The notes beneath the pieces were generated by a model that saw only the letters and a list, made by a program, of their open reading frames with translations, was not told where the DNA came from and did no database searches. 64,000 nucleotides of DNA from an uncultured Pseudobutyrivibrio sp. (lineage in GTDB: Bacteria > Bacillota > Clostridia > Lachnospirales > Lachnospiraceae). Of this stretch, positions 1 to 10,698 are shown piece after piece (the first letter of the stretch is position 1; each line of letters starts with the position of its first letter). Position numbers and translations under genes: made by a program. The stretch spans positions 17,150 through 81,149 of the forward strand of contig URCQ01000007.1 of assembly GCA_900546435.1 (NCBI GenBank), written 5' to 3'.

Positions 1-253
1 TATCTTCCGTCACCGAATCTCTCGATCCTGCCGGGACTTCCCAGGTCATACGTTCAAGTGCATGACGATACTGGTGCACCAGCACAATGCGGCCATCTGG
101 CAATACAGGAATTACCGCTGCTGCACCTTTTCGGTGGCTCACAAAATCCCACGCCTCTTTATGTCCATTCGGCAGACGCACGGTATCCGCGTACACATCA
201 ATGATTGATCCCTGATACACGAGTTTTCTTTCTTCTACCTCTACATGCTCCAT
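1..253 (-). CDS. NUDIX hydrolase (ADP-ribose pyrophosphatase-like), runs off window start
   Basis: Hand translation from ATG at 253 (RBS AAGGAG): MEHVEVEERKLVYQGSIIDVYADTVRLPNGHKEAWDFVSHRKGAAAVIPVLPDGRIVLVHQYRHALERMTWEVPAGSRD...; QYR and start of Nudix box (EVPAG). Confidence 0.85.
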   Translation of the reverse strand, partial: MEHVEVEERKLVYQGSIIDVYADTVRLPNGHKEAWDFVSHRKGAAAVIPVLPDGRIVLVHQYRHALERMTWEVPAGSRDSVTED

Positions 254-270
254 ATTCTTCTCCTTTTATG

Positions 271-301
271 AAAAAATAGTCAGCTTGCGCTGACTATTTT
301 T
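271..301 (-). terminator. Intrinsic terminator after rny
   Basis: AAAAATAGTCAGC-TTGC-GCTGACTATTTTT inverted repeat at the rny stop. Confidence 0.85.
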
Positions 302-1847
302 ATTTTGCATAATCCGTTACTCTCGATTCACGAATTACATTTACTTTAATTTGTCCAGGATAATCTAATTCTGCTTCAATTCTCTTAGAAATATCCCTAG
401 CCAACAATACCATTTCAGCATCATCGACCTGTTCAGGAACTACCATTACCCGAACCTCTCTACCTGCCTGAATAGCAAAAGACTTTTCGACTCCCTTAAA
501 TCCATCGGTAATCTCTTCTAACTGTTGTAATCTGTTTGAATATGCTTCTAATGTTTCACGTCTTGCACCAGGTCTAGCCGCACTGATTGTATCCGCAGCC
601 TGTACCAGGCATGCAACCAATGTCTCTGGCTCTACATCTCCGTGATGTGCCTCTACAGCATTGACCACAATTGGTGATTCCTTGTATCTCTTACAAAGTT
701 CTGCACCAAGCTGTACATGTGTACCTTCCATTTCACGGTCTACCGCCTTACCAATATCATGAAGTAAACCAGCGCGTTTTGCCAATCTGACATCCTCGCC
801 AATTTCAGCAGCAAGAAGACCTGCCAACTGTGCTACTTCAATCGAATGCTTTAAGACATTCTGACCATAACTGGTACGATATCTCATCTTACCAAGAAGT
901 TTAATAAGCTCTGGGTGTACGCCATGAACACCAACCTCTAAGGTTGCGGCTTCACCTTCTTCACGGATCAAAGTCTCTACTTCTTTTTGAGCCTTTTCTA
1001 CCATCTCCTCAATTCTAGCTGGGTGAATACGACCATCTACAATCAACTTCTCTAAGGCAATTCTAGCCACTTCACGTCTCACTGGATCAAACGCAGAAAG
1101 AATTACTGCTTCCGGTGTATCGTCAATAATAAGTTCAACACCTGTCAATGTCTCAAGTGTACGGATATTACGTCCCTCTCGACCAATAATTCTTCCTTTC
1201 ATTTCATCATTTGGAAGTTGAACAACAGAAATTGTTGTCTCAGCAACATGATCCGCAGCACATTTTTGGATTGCTGTAACTACGATATCCTTTGCCTTTT
1301 TGTTTGCTTCCTCTTTTGCCTGCGCCACAGATTCTTTGATCAGTTTTGCAGTGTCAAGTTTTACATCTTCTTCAACAGTTTTTAAAAGTATTTCTTTCGC
1401 TTGTTCGGAGGTTAATCCTGAGATTCTTTCTAGTTCCTGTACTCTTTGCTGATTTAACTTTGCAACTTCTTCTTTTTGCTTGTTAACCGCATGTTCCTTT
1501 GCAGTATATTCAGCTTCACGCTTTTCGAGAGCCTCTAATTTCTTATCGAGGTTTTCTTCCTTTTGAAGAACACGATGTTCATTTCGCTGAATCTCCGCTC
1601 TACGCTCACGAATCTCCTTTTCAAGCTCATTCTTTGTCTTCATAGACTCTTCTTTTGCCTCTAAAAGAGCTTCACGCTTCTTTGTCTCTGCATTCTTAAC
1701 AGCCTCATCAATAATCTCTCGAGCTCTGTCTTCTGCACTGCCTACTTTCTTTGCTGACGCCTTCTTATAGGACGAATTTGCAATGGCAAGAGACACTGGA
1801 ACTGCAACGACTAACGTAACAACCGCTGTGATTATTATCGCAAGCAC
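300..1847 (-). CDS. rny: Ribonuclease Y
   Basis: N-terminal TM, coiled coil, KH domain ([12 protein letters not shown]), HD domain (LLHDIGK). Confidence 0.97.
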   Translation of the reverse strand: MLAIIITAVVTLVVAVPVSLAIANSSYKKASAKKVGSAEDRAREIIDEAVKNAETKKREALLEAKEESMKTKNELEKEIRERRAEIQRNEHRVLQKEENLDKKLEALEKREAEYTAKEHAVNKQKEEVAKLNQQRVQELERISGLTSEQAKEILLKTVEEDVKLDTAKLIKESVAQAKEEANKKAKDIVVTAIQKCAADHVAETTISVVQLPNDEMKGRIIGREGRNIRTLETLTGVELIIDDTPEAVILSAFDPVRREVARIALEKLIVDGRIHPARIEEMVEKAQKEVETLIREEGEAATLEVGVHGVHPELIKLLGKMRYRTSYGQNVLKHSIEVAQLAGLLAAEIGEDVRLAKRAGLLHDIGKAVDREMEGTHVQLGAELCKRYKESPIVVNAVEAHHGDVEPETLVACLVQAADTISAARPGARRETLEAYSNRLQQLEEITDGFKGVEKSFAIQAGREVRVMVVPEQVDDAEMVLLARDISKRIEAELDYPGQIKVNVIRESRVTDYAK

Positions 1848-1925
1848 AGGAGCACCTCCCTTATTTAATTTTATTGTACATACATCATGAAAAATTAATA
1901 ATCTACATATAAATACAACAATTAA

Positions 1926-1954
1926 ATTCTATACTTTATTACAAAGCTTGTCAA
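1926..1954 (-). promoter_or_regulatory. SigA-type promoter of rny
   Basis: TTGACA-17-TAGAAT on minus strand. Confidence 0.75.
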
Positions 1955-1985
1955 GATTATTCACCACAAGCAAGCGCGACGAAAA

Positions 1986-2600
1986 TCAATCCCAAGTCGT
2001 ATCACAATCACGTAAAACCCTGCTGATATCGCTAGAGGAAAAGCCTCGTTGCAGTAAAAACCGATAGATTTTTGCTCGTTCTTCTCTCGTTGCATTTTCA
2101 GAATCATATCTTTTTTTTATGAGTAATTTTTGGATAAGTTCTGTCTGCGATTGTTCTAGTTCTTCTTCCATACAAGCATCAATCAGCTCACGGTCAATTC
2201 CCTTTTTCAAAAGATCCTGGGTCATACGCATACGACTGCGACTCTCCTGATAAAACCGGATATGAGACCGCGCTAATCTGGCATCGTCAAGGTAATGATA
2301 CCCCTCCACATATGCAATTGCCTCTGCAATCGCTTCCTCTGGATAGCCTCCTTCGCGCAACTTCCTCTCTAATTGCTTCGTGGAACGATCCATCTTTTCT
2401 AGTAAATGCATCGCGCGTCGTCTGGCACGCGGAATCAAAATCTCCTGCAAGATCGTCTCATATAAAGCGTCTGAAAGTTCTTCCCCTTCCTGTAATTGCA
2501 ACTTTCGCAATTCACCTTTATAGAGTGTAAAATCCACCCCATTACTGAGGTGGACTTTGTTTTTATTGTTTTTGGTAGCATCAATAGCTTCTATATACAC
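1986..2600 (-). CDS. recX: Regulatory protein RecX
   Basis: Directly downstream of recA; RS..QL..KL, YLDD, C-terminal LLQRGFS motifs. Confidence 0.92.
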   Translation of the reverse strand: MYIEAIDATKNNKNKVHLSNGVDFTLYKGELRKLQLQEGEELSDALYETILQEILIPRARRRAMHLLEKMDRSTKQLERKLREGGYPEEAIAEAIAYVEGYHYLDDARLARSHIRFYQESRSRMRMTQDLLKKGIDRELIDACMEEELEQSQTELIQKLLIKKRYDSENATREERAKIYRFLLQRGFSSSDISRVLRDCDTTWD

Positions 2601-2604
2601 AATC

Positions 2605-3630
2605 TTATTCTTCTTCCTGTGGCTCTGCTTCTACTTCCTCCGGCTGGAAGTGTTCTCTAACCTGCTGTTCTATCTCATCACGCACTTCCGGATGTTCACG
2701 TAAAAAGGTCTTTGCATTCTCACGTCCCTGACCGATCTTATCACCCTTGTATGCATACCATGCACCAGACTTATTCACAATATCAAGATCTGCAGCAATG
2801 TCCAGGATATCTCCCTCTTTTGAGATGCCCTGTCCAAACATAATATCAAACTCTGCCTCTCTAAATGGTGGCGCGATCTTATTCTTAACAACTTTGATAC
2901 GGGTACGGTTACCAATCACTTCACCCTGCTGCTTAATTGCTTCAATACGACGCACATCAAGACGTACTGACGAGTAGAATTTCAGTGCGCGACCACCTGT
3001 TGTCGTCTCTGGATTACCGAACATAACACCGACCTTTTCACGCAACTGGTTAATAAAGATTACGATACAGTTTGACTTGCTGATCACAGCTGTCAGCTTA
3101 CGTAATGCCTGCGACATCAAACGCGCCTGCAATCCGACATGAGAATCCCCCATATCTCCATCGATTTCAGCCTTTGGAACAAGGGCTGCCACCGAGTCAA
3201 CAATAACAATATCTACTGCACCAGAACGTACCATTGTCTCTGTAATCTCCAGTGCCTGTTCTCCATTATCTGGCTGTGAAATATAAAGATTATCGATATC
3301 AACACCAATATTCTTAGCATAAACCGGATCTAGGGCATGTTCAGCATCAATAAATCCAGCAATGCCTCCAGCTTTTTGTACCTCTGCCACTGCATGTAAT
3401 GCCACCGTTGTCTTACCACTGGACTCCGGTCCGTAAATCTCAATGATTCTTCCCTTTGGAAGACCACCCTGTCCGAGTGCAATATCAAGACTCAATGAGC
3501 CAGTCGGAACAGTCTCCACCTGCATCTGATTGCTGGTGTCTCCCAACTTCATGATAGATCCTTTTCCATACTGCTTTTCTATGTGAGAAATTGCTGCGTC
3601 TAACGCTTTTAGCTTATCATCATTTGCCAT
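2605..3630 (-). CDS. recA: Recombinase RecA
   Basis: GPESSGKTT Walker [36 protein letters not shown]. Confidence 0.99.
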   Translation of the reverse strand: MANDDKLKALDAAISHIEKQYGKGSIMKLGDTSNQMQVETVPTGSLSLDIALGQGGLPKGRIIEIYGPESSGKTTVALHAVAEVQKAGGIAGFIDAEHALDPVYAKNIGVDIDNLYISQPDNGEQALEITETMVRSGAVDIVIVDSVAALVPKAEIDGDMGDSHVGLQARLMSQALRKLTAVISKSNCIVIFINQLREKVGVMFGNPETTTGGRALKFYSSVRLDVRRIEAIKQQGEVIGNRTRIKVVKNKIAPPFREAEFDIMFGQGISKEGDILDIAADLDIVNKSGAWYAYKGDKIGQGRENAKTFLREHPEVRDEIEQQVREHFQPEEVEAEPQEEE

Positions 3631-3648
3631 ATTTAAAAACCTCCATAT

Positions 3649-3662
3649 CGAACCTCTGTTCG
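3649..3662. promoter_or_regulatory. LexA (Cheo/SOS) box upstream of recA
   Basis: CGAAC-CTCT-GTTCG fits the Gram-positive GAAC-N4-GTTC consensus; lies between promoter and RBS. Confidence 0.88.
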
Positions 3663-3677
3663 CTTTTTTATGTTCTA

Positions 3678-3706
3678 ATACTAGTATACTTCCGTAAAAA
3701 AGTCAA
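3678..3706 (-). promoter_or_regulatory. Putative recA promoter
   Basis: TTGACT-17-TAGTAT on minus strand just upstream of the LexA box. Confidence 0.6.
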
Positions 3707-3762
3707 CCCAATTTTACGTACCTGTTTTCTGTTACTCTTTATCATTCTGGGGAAATCATACG

Positions 3763-3793
3763 AAAAAAGACAGTAGCAACGCGCTACTGTCTT
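3763..3793 (-). terminator. Intrinsic terminator after prfC
   Basis: AAGACAGTAGC-AACGC-GCTACTGTCTT stem followed by T-tract on minus strand. Confidence 0.8.
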
Positions 3794-3884
3794 ATTATAT
3801 CCAGCCTTTTATCATTCTGTCAAGCCAGCACAACTTTCTTCCCAAAAAGTAGCCTGACTTTCTTTCCAAAAATTGTTAAAAAAC

Positions 3885-5474
3885 TTAACTACGTCCAAAT
3901 TCTGACAGAATTAATCCTTCGTTACGATCAAGTGTCATACCCACACTCCAGCTATTAACAAACAAAAGCAATGGTCTTCCCTTAAGGTCCTTAATTTTCT
4001 TCATATCAGAAGTTCCGGAAATTTTATCCAGATCAATATCTTTATTTTCAATCCAACGAATATGTTCATATGGTAGATTTTCCATACGAATTTCTACGTT
4101 ATATTCATTGTTCAGACGATATTTCAAAACATCAAACTGCAGTACACCAACAACACCGACAATGATTTCTTCCATACCTGTATTGTATTCCTGGAAAATC
4201 TGAATTGCACCTTCCTGGGCAATCTGGTTGATTCCCTTCATAAACTGCTTACGTTTCATGGTATCCACCTGACGCACTCTGGCAAAATGCTCTGGTGCAA
4301 AGGTTGGAATTCCTTCAAATGCAAACCGTTTTTTTCCACTGACAATGGTATCACCAATCGAAAAAATACCTGGATCAAACACACCGATAATATCTCCGGC
4401 ATACGCTTTATCCACGATTTTTCTCTCCTGTGCCATCAGCTGCTGTGGCTGTGAAAGCTTCATAGTCTTATTCCCCTGCACATGGAACACTTCCATTCCC
4501 GCATCAAATTCTCCAGAGCAGATACGCATGAAAGCAATTCGGTCACGATGTGCTTTATTCATATTTGCTTGAATTTTAAATACAAATGCTGAAAAGTCCG
4601 GTGAAAATGGATCAATGTCTCCCTGATCGGATTTTCTTGGCAATGGAGATGATGTCATCTGCAAGAAATGCTGCAAGAAAGTCTCCACACCAAAATTAGT
4701 CAGTGCCGAACCAAAAAATACTGGCGAAAGTTCTCCCTTTGAAACCAGATCCATATCAAACTCTGCGCTGGCACCATCTAAAAGCTCAATTTCATCTAGT
4801 AATGTCTGTTTCTGTTCCTCACCAATCTCATCGAGCAATGCCGGATCATCAATTGCGATTTCCTTCTCTGTACCTTCTTTTGTTCCCTTTAAAGTATCCG
4901 CAAACGTCATGACATGTTTTGTATTTCTGTCATATACACCACGGAATGCTTTACCAGAACCTATTGGCCAGTTAATCGGGCAAGTCGCAATTCCCAATTC
5001 TTTTTCTATATCATCTAAAAGTTCAAACGTATCATTTGCATCGCGATCCATTTTATTGATAAAAGTAAAAATTGGAATATGACGCATAACACATACTTTA
5101 AACAGCTTTCTTGTCTGTGCTTCCACACCTTTGGATGCATCGATTACCATGACTGCCGAATCCGCTGCCATCAAAGTACGATACGTATCTTCTGAGAAAT
5201 CCTGATGCCCCGGAGTATCCAAAATATTGATACAATATCCATCATAATGGAACTGTAATACAGAAGATGTTACCGAAATACCTCTCTCTTTTTCAATTTC
5301 CATCCAGTCAGACACCGCGTGTCTGGCTGTTGCCTTTCCTTTAACAGAACCAGCCAGATTGATGGCTCCACCATATAACAGAAATTTCTCGGTCAGGGTT
5401 GTTTTACCTGCATCCGGGTGAGAAATAATCGCAAATGTTCTTCTCTTTTCAATTTCTTTTATTAAATCTGACAA
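3885..5474 (-). CDS. prfC: Peptide chain release factor 3
   Basis: RRTFAIISHPDAGKTTLTEK, DTPGHQDFSEDTYR. Confidence 0.98.
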   Translation of the reverse strand: MSDLIKEIEKRRTFAIISHPDAGKTTLTEKFLLYGGAINLAGSVKGKATARHAVSDWMEIEKERGISVTSSVLQFHYDGYCINILDTPGHQDFSEDTYRTLMAADSAVMVIDASKGVEAQTRKLFKVCVMRHIPIFTFINKMDRDANDTFELLDDIEKELGIATCPINWPIGSGKAFRGVYDRNTKHVMTFADTLKGTKEGTEKEIAIDDPALLDEIGEEQKQTLLDEIELLDGASAEFDMDLVSKGELSPVFFGSALTNFGVETFLQHFLQMTSSPLPRKSDQGDIDPFSPDFSAFVFKIQANMNKAHRDRIAFMRICSGEFDAGMEVFHVQGNKTMKLSQPQQLMAQERKIVDKAYAGDIIGVFDPGIFSIGDTIVSGKKRFAFEGIPTFAPEHFARVRQVDTMKRKQFMKGINQIAQEGAIQIFQEYNTGMEEIIVGVVGVLQFDVLKYRLNNEYNVEIRMENLPYEHIRWIENKDIDLDKISGTSDMKKIKDLKGRPLLLFVNSWSVGMTLDRNEGLILSEFGRS

Positions 5475-5587
5475 CGTATGTCCCTCCGTTTATCCTACGC
5501 TTTATCTATATCTTACCTCAAACTAATTTAGTTTAGCTTACTTATACAATTCTTGTCAAGTCATGCTTCTTTATCACACAGCATTTT

Positions 5588-5616
5588 GGGGACACGCCTC
5601 AAAAAAGGCTGTCCCC
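5588..5616. repeat. GC-rich REP-like hairpin after spoIIIAH
   Basis: GGGGACA-cGCCT-caaaa-AGGC-TGTCCCC imperfect inverted repeat. Confidence 0.5.
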
Positions 5617-5622
5617 TCCATA

Positions 5623-6240
5623 CTAATTCATAGTGGAAATTACAATATGATCTGCAGCAATTCCTGCTTTGCGGTTAATAATATCTTCTACCTGTGCACG
5701 TTGCGCATCTGTGACTTCCGTCGCATTTAAAATCACATCTGCTCCATCTGCTGCAATGGAAACGACCGCCTCCTCAAACCCCTTAGAAGATAACATCAGT
5801 TCGCAGGCCGCTTCTTTTTGTGCCAGTTCTGTCATCACTGCTAATTCCTCCACTGCCGCCTGTTTTTCTACATCCGTCAATGCACTGTTATTTACCACTT
5901 CCATCAACGTTGATTTTGCTGCTGCTCTTGTCTGTTCCCGATCCATTTTCAAACTTGCCGCTTTGGATACCTGCACATTTTTGCTATCTGTCAACACGGT
6001 TTCTCCTGCATGGTCATCTCCCATATCACTACTACTTGCTTCCGTATCGGTCAAAATTTCTTCCTCCGTAAGTGATGCTGTTTTCTTCGTCTTTTTTGCA
6101 TCCTGTTTTTCATTCTTCGTTGCCATGGTTGCAATCTCTTTTTCATCATTTTCATATGTATAATTGAGATAACCTGCTGCTGCAATCATAAGTGCCAGTG
6201 CCGCTACTACAATCTGATTTTTTCGAAATACTCGTTTCAT
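5623..6240 (-). CDS. spoIIIAH: Stage III sporulation protein AH
   Basis: KNQIVVAALALMIAAAGYLNY N-terminal TM; last gene of the 8-gene spoIIIA operon. Confidence 0.93.
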   Translation of the reverse strand: MKRVFRKNQIVVAALALMIAAAGYLNYTYENDEKEIATMATKNEKQDAKKTKKTASLTEEEILTDTEASSSDMGDDHAGETVLTDSKNVQVSKAASLKMDREQTRAAAKSTLMEVVNNSALTDVEKQAAVEELAVMTELAQKEAACELMLSSKGFEEAVVSIAADGADVILNATEVTDAQRAQVEDIINRKAGIAADHIVISTMN

Positions 6241-6794
6241 GTTCCCTCCTGTGATCCCATCTCTACTATTGATATCTTATGTGCATCCACGGAAAATAAT
6301 GCCTGTATTGCTTCATAGATTGCCACACGGACATGATCATCTGAGGCCCCCTGTGCCACCACACAGACGCCTCGTATTTTGGGCGATATTGTTTTCGTTT
6401 CATACGGTGTATTCGACGCTAGTACCGTGGAATGTTCTGCACTCATTTCCTGCTGCGTCACCTCCCCTGCTTCTTTTGTCACACTACTCTTGCTGTTACT
6501 GTCTTGTGCCAGAACGCTTTCGCCCTCATCTTCCAATGTAATCATCACACGCACAGCACCCACACCATGCATCTGCGCGATCAGTTCCTCCAACTCCTGT
6601 TCCAGTTGCCTTACATAAGTCTCATTTTCCAACTGTGGTTCCTGTTTTTGCTCTGCCCCGGAAAGCCTCTTTTCTTTCGTATCAACCGGTATTGCGATTA
6701 CAAGCAAAAGAACGCCTAGCAATATACAGACAATCCATTTTTGCCGGTCCATCTTTTTAAAAACGGATGTCATCGCTTTTCTCCAATTTTCCAT
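6237..6794 (-). CDS. spoIIIAG: Stage III sporulation protein AG
   Basis: GVGAVRVMITL, P.IRGVCVVAQGA motifs; operon position. Confidence 0.92.
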   Translation of the reverse strand: MENWRKAMTSVFKKMDRQKWIVCILLGVLLLVIAIPVDTKEKRLSGAEQKQEPQLENETYVRQLEQELEELIAQMHGVGAVRVMITLEDEGESVLAQDSNSKSSVTKEAGEVTQQEMSAEHSTVLASNTPYETKTISPKIRGVCVVAQGASDDHVRVAIYEAIQALFSVDAHKISIVEMGSQEGT

Positions 6795-7087
6795 TATTCC
6801 TCCTGTCCCTGCACAATGGCATTTACATAGTTCTCATCCAAAAAAGAATACGATTCTGCTTCTTCTTTTCGTCTTTCCCACTCTTCATAATAGCCACGAA
6901 ACGCCTGATTCCAACGCTGTTCATAATTTCCCTTTCCAATTCCCAGTACAGATGCCAGGCAAAACAAAACCAGAATCATCTCCAGAAAAAAACGTAAATA
7001 ACGGCGATATACGTCCGAGGGGAGCAAATACAAAAGCATTGCAAATATCAGAAATAACGAGATATACGCCTTCACCCATACAAGCAC
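6794..7087 (-). CDS. spoIIIAF: Stage III sporulation protein AF (short form)
   Basis: Two TM helices with LLPS..YRRYLRFF; operon position. Confidence 0.8.
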   Translation of the reverse strand: MLVWVKAYISLFLIFAMLLYLLPSDVYRRYLRFFLEMILVLFCLASVLGIGKGNYEQRWNQAFRGYYEEWERRKEEAESYSFLDENYVNAIVQGQEE

Positions 7088-8148
7088 TAGTTGTGTCCTC
7101 CGATCAATGTCGTCATTGCCACTGTGATAAAAATAAGAATGGCACAGTTCGTCAGAATTCGAAACAGCATGCCGCCTCCCTTTGCCGCCACCAAAATAGC
7201 ATTACTGATACGTTTATCTGCAACAGGTTCCACAAACGCAGCCAACACGCGGTAGAAAAATGTCATAATCCCCACTTTCGATAAGGGCACTGCAACTAAA
7301 AGCACCAGGACAACAAGCGCCGCCGCCCCGATTCCGCTACGAATCACTTCACTCGCAGCTAAAAACAAATCGGATGCTGCCGATAAGGTCGACCCAATTC
7401 CAGGCACAAATGCAAGAGATTTTCGAAGCGTCTGTCTTGCAAAGGTATCCGTTACCGGAGCAATCGCATTTTTTATAATATTTAAACCCAACACAATCGA
7501 TGTTAGAATTTTGAGTGCCCACGAAACCATATTTTCCAGTAAATCCGTCAATTTCGAGAAACGCCCCTCTTCCATCACATAATTTAATAATCCCATGACT
7601 ACATAAATACGGATCAACGGCACCAGCCCATCCGCCAGAATCCATTGGACCAGATAGACCACCAAATACCCCAGCTCATAAAAGCCCAACGCCGTCGCAT
7701 CCCCGCCGGTCACAATAACGGTTGTCGCAAACACCGGAACGAACGCTGTCATAAAATCCAAGACAATGCCAATCGTTTGCTGCACCACCTGGTCGAGCAG
7801 CAACACCGATTTCATTAACAGCACCATCAAAAGAGCATATACCAGCAAAAAACAGACATTGGAAATATAAGATTGTTCAAACACCTGCGCAAAATTTTTC
7901 AATAAAGAAAACGCAATGGTTAAAAGCAGAATATAAAGCAGATACTTACGGTTCAACTCCCATTCTCCCAGAAAAAATTGCCAGATCATTTGTCCCAATC
8001 CCTGACTAAAATCCATTTCTCCGGTGATCAGCTTTTCTACAATCTGTGCAAAAGATAACTGCGTCAGGCCGCCACTTTGTCCCAGCGTATCTTCAATGCC
8101 ACTAAAATCTAACGACGTCAAAAGTGTTCCTACGGTATCATCCATCAT
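7087..8148 (-). CDS. spoIIIAE: Stage III sporulation protein AE
   Basis: Polytopic membrane protein, VPGIG and EPVADKRI motifs. Confidence 0.92.
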   Translation of the reverse strand: MMDDTVGTLLTSLDFSGIEDTLGQSGGLTQLSFAQIVEKLITGEMDFSQGLGQMIWQFFLGEWELNRKYLLYILLLTIAFSLLKNFAQVFEQSYISNVCFLLVYALLMVLLMKSVLLLDQVVQQTIGIVLDFMTAFVPVFATTVIVTGGDATALGFYELGYLVVYLVQWILADGLVPLIRIYVVMGLLNYVMEEGRFSKLTDLLENMVSWALKILTSIVLGLNIIKNAIAPVTDTFARQTLRKSLAFVPGIGSTLSAASDLFLAASEVIRSGIGAAALVVLVLLVAVPLSKVGIMTFFYRVLAAFVEPVADKRISNAILVAAKGGGMLFRILTNCAILIFITVAMTTLIGGHN

Positions 8149-8522
8149 AAAAAAGCCTCCACAGTTGATAAAAATGCCATCAGCACCGGCATACCAAGTG
8201 CCAATATGGACAACTTCGCTAACACTTGTATCTGACTTGCTATACTTGCATACCCCGCATCCCTACAGATAGAGGAAGTGAATTCAGAAAGATACGTGAT
8301 ACCTATCATCTTTAAAATCACATCCATATAGAGGGTATCTACATGCACAAAATCTGCCAGATGCTCTATATATACCATGATCTCCTGTATCTTTGACAAC
8401 ACAGAAAAAAAGATTACGGCACAACAGGCAAGGCTTAAAAGCATTGCAAATTCCGGTCTCTCCTGCCGAAACAAAAGTGCCAGAAGTACAGTTGCAATCC
8501 CCGCTACTGCCACACACACCAT
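8145..8522 (-). CDS. spoIIIAD: Stage III sporulation protein AD
   Basis: LKMIGITYLSEF...CRDAGY.SIA. Confidence 0.93.
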   Translation of the reverse strand: MVCVAVAGIATVLLALLFRQERPEFAMLLSLACCAVIFFSVLSKIQEIMVYIEHLADFVHVDTLYMDVILKMIGITYLSEFTSSICRDAGYASIASQIQVLAKLSILALGMPVLMAFLSTVEAFL

Positions 8523-8536
8523 ATGCTTATCGCCTC

Positions 8537-8731
8537 CTACATATCAAATAATGTTTCCATCATAGCAAACAAATCTACAATATACGGAACCACCCAAAAC
8601 AATACAACCAAAAGACCTCCCATGGAGATAAAAAATGCCTGTTCATCCCTTCCACTATGTTTCAATATTTGATTTAAAATGGTTACCAAAATACCAACGG
8701 CTGCAATTTTAAATAATAGTTCTACCGGCAT
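8537..8731 (-). CDS. spoIIIAC: Stage III sporulation protein AC
   Basis: LFKIAAVGILVTILNQILKHSGRDEQA. Confidence 0.95.
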   Translation of the reverse strand: MPVELLFKIAAVGILVTILNQILKHSGRDEQAFFISMGGLLVVLFWVVPYIVDLFAMMETLFDM

Positions 8732-8735
8732 ATTC

Positions 8736-9251
8736 TCATAGCAACAGCAATAATAACATCATCAACCCCATTCCTGTTGTACATGCTGTCACCTTTCCCC
8801 TTTCTTTTTTTGTACGTTCTTCCGCCATCACCTGATGGGAAAAAGCTTCATAAAACACAGCAAAATCTTGTGCCTCTCCGGGAACGCTGGCAGAAAATAA
8901 GGAGCAAAGAGCCTGCATAAACAAGACCCTTTCCTCCTCTTTTGTCATTGCTTTCAATTCCGGTGTTAATTCTTCCTGCAAAATCGCTTCCATTGTTTCT
9001 TTATTATGTAGCAAAAGACGCAGGCGGACCTGGGTAAAATAAGTACAAAGCCCAGTAACTTTCCGCTCACTTTCCATGGCAAGCACTGCCATGACGGGCA
9101 GATTTCGCTTAAGCACTGCCTGCTGCATACGCAAAAGGCACGTTTGCATTTCCTGCAAAAATTGCATGCGCTGCTGCCTTGCATACCATTGCTGATACAA
9201 AAGTCCCATACTGCCCAGCAAAAAAACGCTCACACCAAATGCTTTGTACAC
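8736..9251 (-). CDS. spoIIIAB: Stage III sporulation protein AB (divergent)
   Basis: N- and C-terminal TM segments, about 170 aa, lies between AA and AC. Confidence 0.8.
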   Translation of the reverse strand: MYKAFGVSVFLLGSMGLLYQQWYARQQRMQFLQEMQTCLLRMQQAVLKRNLPVMAVLAMESERKVTGLCTYFTQVRLRLLLHNKETMEAILQEELTPELKAMTKEEERVLFMQALCSLFSASVPGEAQDFAVFYEAFSHQVMAEERTKKERGKVTACTTGMGLMMLLLLLL

Positions 9252-10186
9252 AATACATCCCCCATTTCATTGTAAATTGTAAGCATTCGTCTCCCATCTG
9301 CCTCTTTTTCCATCCAAAGCAGACGTAAAAACGCACATTCCGCCATCCACGGCTGCATACTTCTTTTCTCCCAGTATTCCGATACACTTCCTGCATGCAT
9401 CGTTGCCAAAATACCAATGCCACAACGCATCGCATATGCAATATTCTGTAAATCTTTTTCTCCACCGATTTCATCTAATGCTAACACCTGTGGTGCCATC
9501 GTACGGATTGCCTGCATGCTGGCAGCCTCTTTTTCGTATCCAGAATACACATCAGTATGCATGCCGACATCATTTTGCGGTACGCCAAAATTTACTGCAG
9601 CCACCTCATATCGTTCATCCAAAAGTGCTATCCCGCGGCAATTAACGCGGTTTGATAACAAACGTAAGATATCGCGTAAGCATGTTGTTTTGCCCACCCC
9701 CGGTGCTGCTAAAATCAATGTATGTAAAAATCTTTCTTTTTCAAAAAGCCATGGCACGACCCAATTTGCACACCCCTTTTTTTCATGCGGAATCCGGATA
9801 GAGAAAAACATCGGGTATTCCATAGCCAGATGTGTCCCTTCTGCCATGTACTGCCCACAAACGCCGACGCGAATCCCCCCGGGCAGCGTAAGATATCCCT
9901 GCCGCAATTGCTTTGCATACGCATAGCGGGAATACTCACAAAGATATGTCATCATCTCCTGCAAATCCTTTTCAAAAAGACGTATTCCTGCCTCTGCGCT
10001 CTCTGTTTTCCTACTATGAATGGGATCTACATAAAAATAATCTCCTGCGGTAATAAACTGCACCGGTTGTCCGATGCGAATGCGAATCTCCTCCAATTCT
10101 GCAACATCCCATGTTATTTTCTCCATTACCTGTCGTAGTTTCATCGGAAATATTTGTTTTAACTCGTCCATCTGTTTTTCAGCCAT
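9230..10186 (-). CDS. spoIIIAA: Stage III sporulation protein AA (ATPase)
   Basis: EEIRIR, GYLTLPGGIRVGVCG, PGVGKTT, DERYE, IRTMAPQVLALDEIG. Confidence 0.95.
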   Translation of the reverse strand: MAEKQMDELKQIFPMKLRQVMEKITWDVAELEEIRIRIGQPVQFITAGDYFYVDPIHSRKTESAEAGIRLFEKDLQEMMTYLCEYSRYAYAKQLRQGYLTLPGGIRVGVCGQYMAEGTHLAMEYPMFFSIRIPHEKKGCANWVVPWLFEKERFLHTLILAAPGVGKTTCLRDILRLLSNRVNCRGIALLDERYEVAAVNFGVPQNDVGMHTDVYSGYEKEAASMQAIRTMAPQVLALDEIGGEKDLQNIAYAMRCGIGILATMHAGSVSEYWEKRSMQPWMAECAFLRLLWMEKEADGRRMLTIYNEMGDVLCTKHLV

Positions 10187-10191
10187 AATCT

Positions 10192-10219
10192 AATATATGA
10201 TGGTACAAGATTTTTATGA
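10192..10219 (-). promoter_or_regulatory. SigE-type promoter of the spoIIIA operon
   Basis: TCATAAA-13-CATATATT; the same boxes recur upstream of spoIVA. Confidence 0.7.
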
Positions 10220-10296
10220 TTACCAGATGCGGCATAATGTATTCAGAAGCAAAACGATAAAACATGCTCGATCTATTTTCCCACCGCCATGATAAT

Positions 10297-10329
10297 AAAA
10301 AAAGAGATGTGACCGTAATCACATCTCTT
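10297..10329 (-). terminator. Terminator after rpsU
   Basis: AAGAGATGTGA-CCGTAA-TCACATCTCTT with T-tract on minus strand. Confidence 0.85.
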
Positions 10330-10347
10330 ACTAAACGCAATTTAAAT

Positions 10348-10524
10348 TTAGTTATACTTACGTTTTCTAGCAGCTTCAGACTTCTTCTTACGCTTTACGC
10401 TTGGCTTTTCATAGTGCTCTCTCTTGCGGATCTCCTGCTGGATTCCTGCCTTAGCACAGTTGCGCTTGAATCTGCGTAATGCGCTATCTAAAGATTCGTT
10501 CTCTTTAACTGTTACACTTGACAT
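10348..10524 (-). CDS. rpsU: 30S ribosomal protein S21 (not in ORF track)
   Basis: Hand translation [66 protein letters not shown]. Confidence 0.98.
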   Translation of the reverse strand: MSSVTVKENESLDSALRRFKRNCAKAGIQQEIRKREHYEKPSVKRKKKSEAARKRKYN

Positions 10525-10602
10525 AGTCTTACACCTAACCTCCCTCCAGTTGGGTATTGTGCATATTCAACTGTTTGGGTAAATATCTTTGCACAGTAAA
10601 AT

Positions 10603-10630
10603 ATTATAGCATAAAATCATGTTACGTCAA
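10603..10630 (-). promoter_or_regulatory. SigA promoter of rpsU
   Basis: TTGACG-16-TATAAT with TG extension. Confidence 0.7.
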
Positions 10631-10698
10631 CTGTTTTCTTCATAAACTGTCAATTTCTTCAACATGAATTTACGAATTACACCGTTTTATCCACCATT

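Noticed and set aside
10264..10479. 71-aa plus-strand ORF from the track
   Set aside because: Antisense shadow of rpsU
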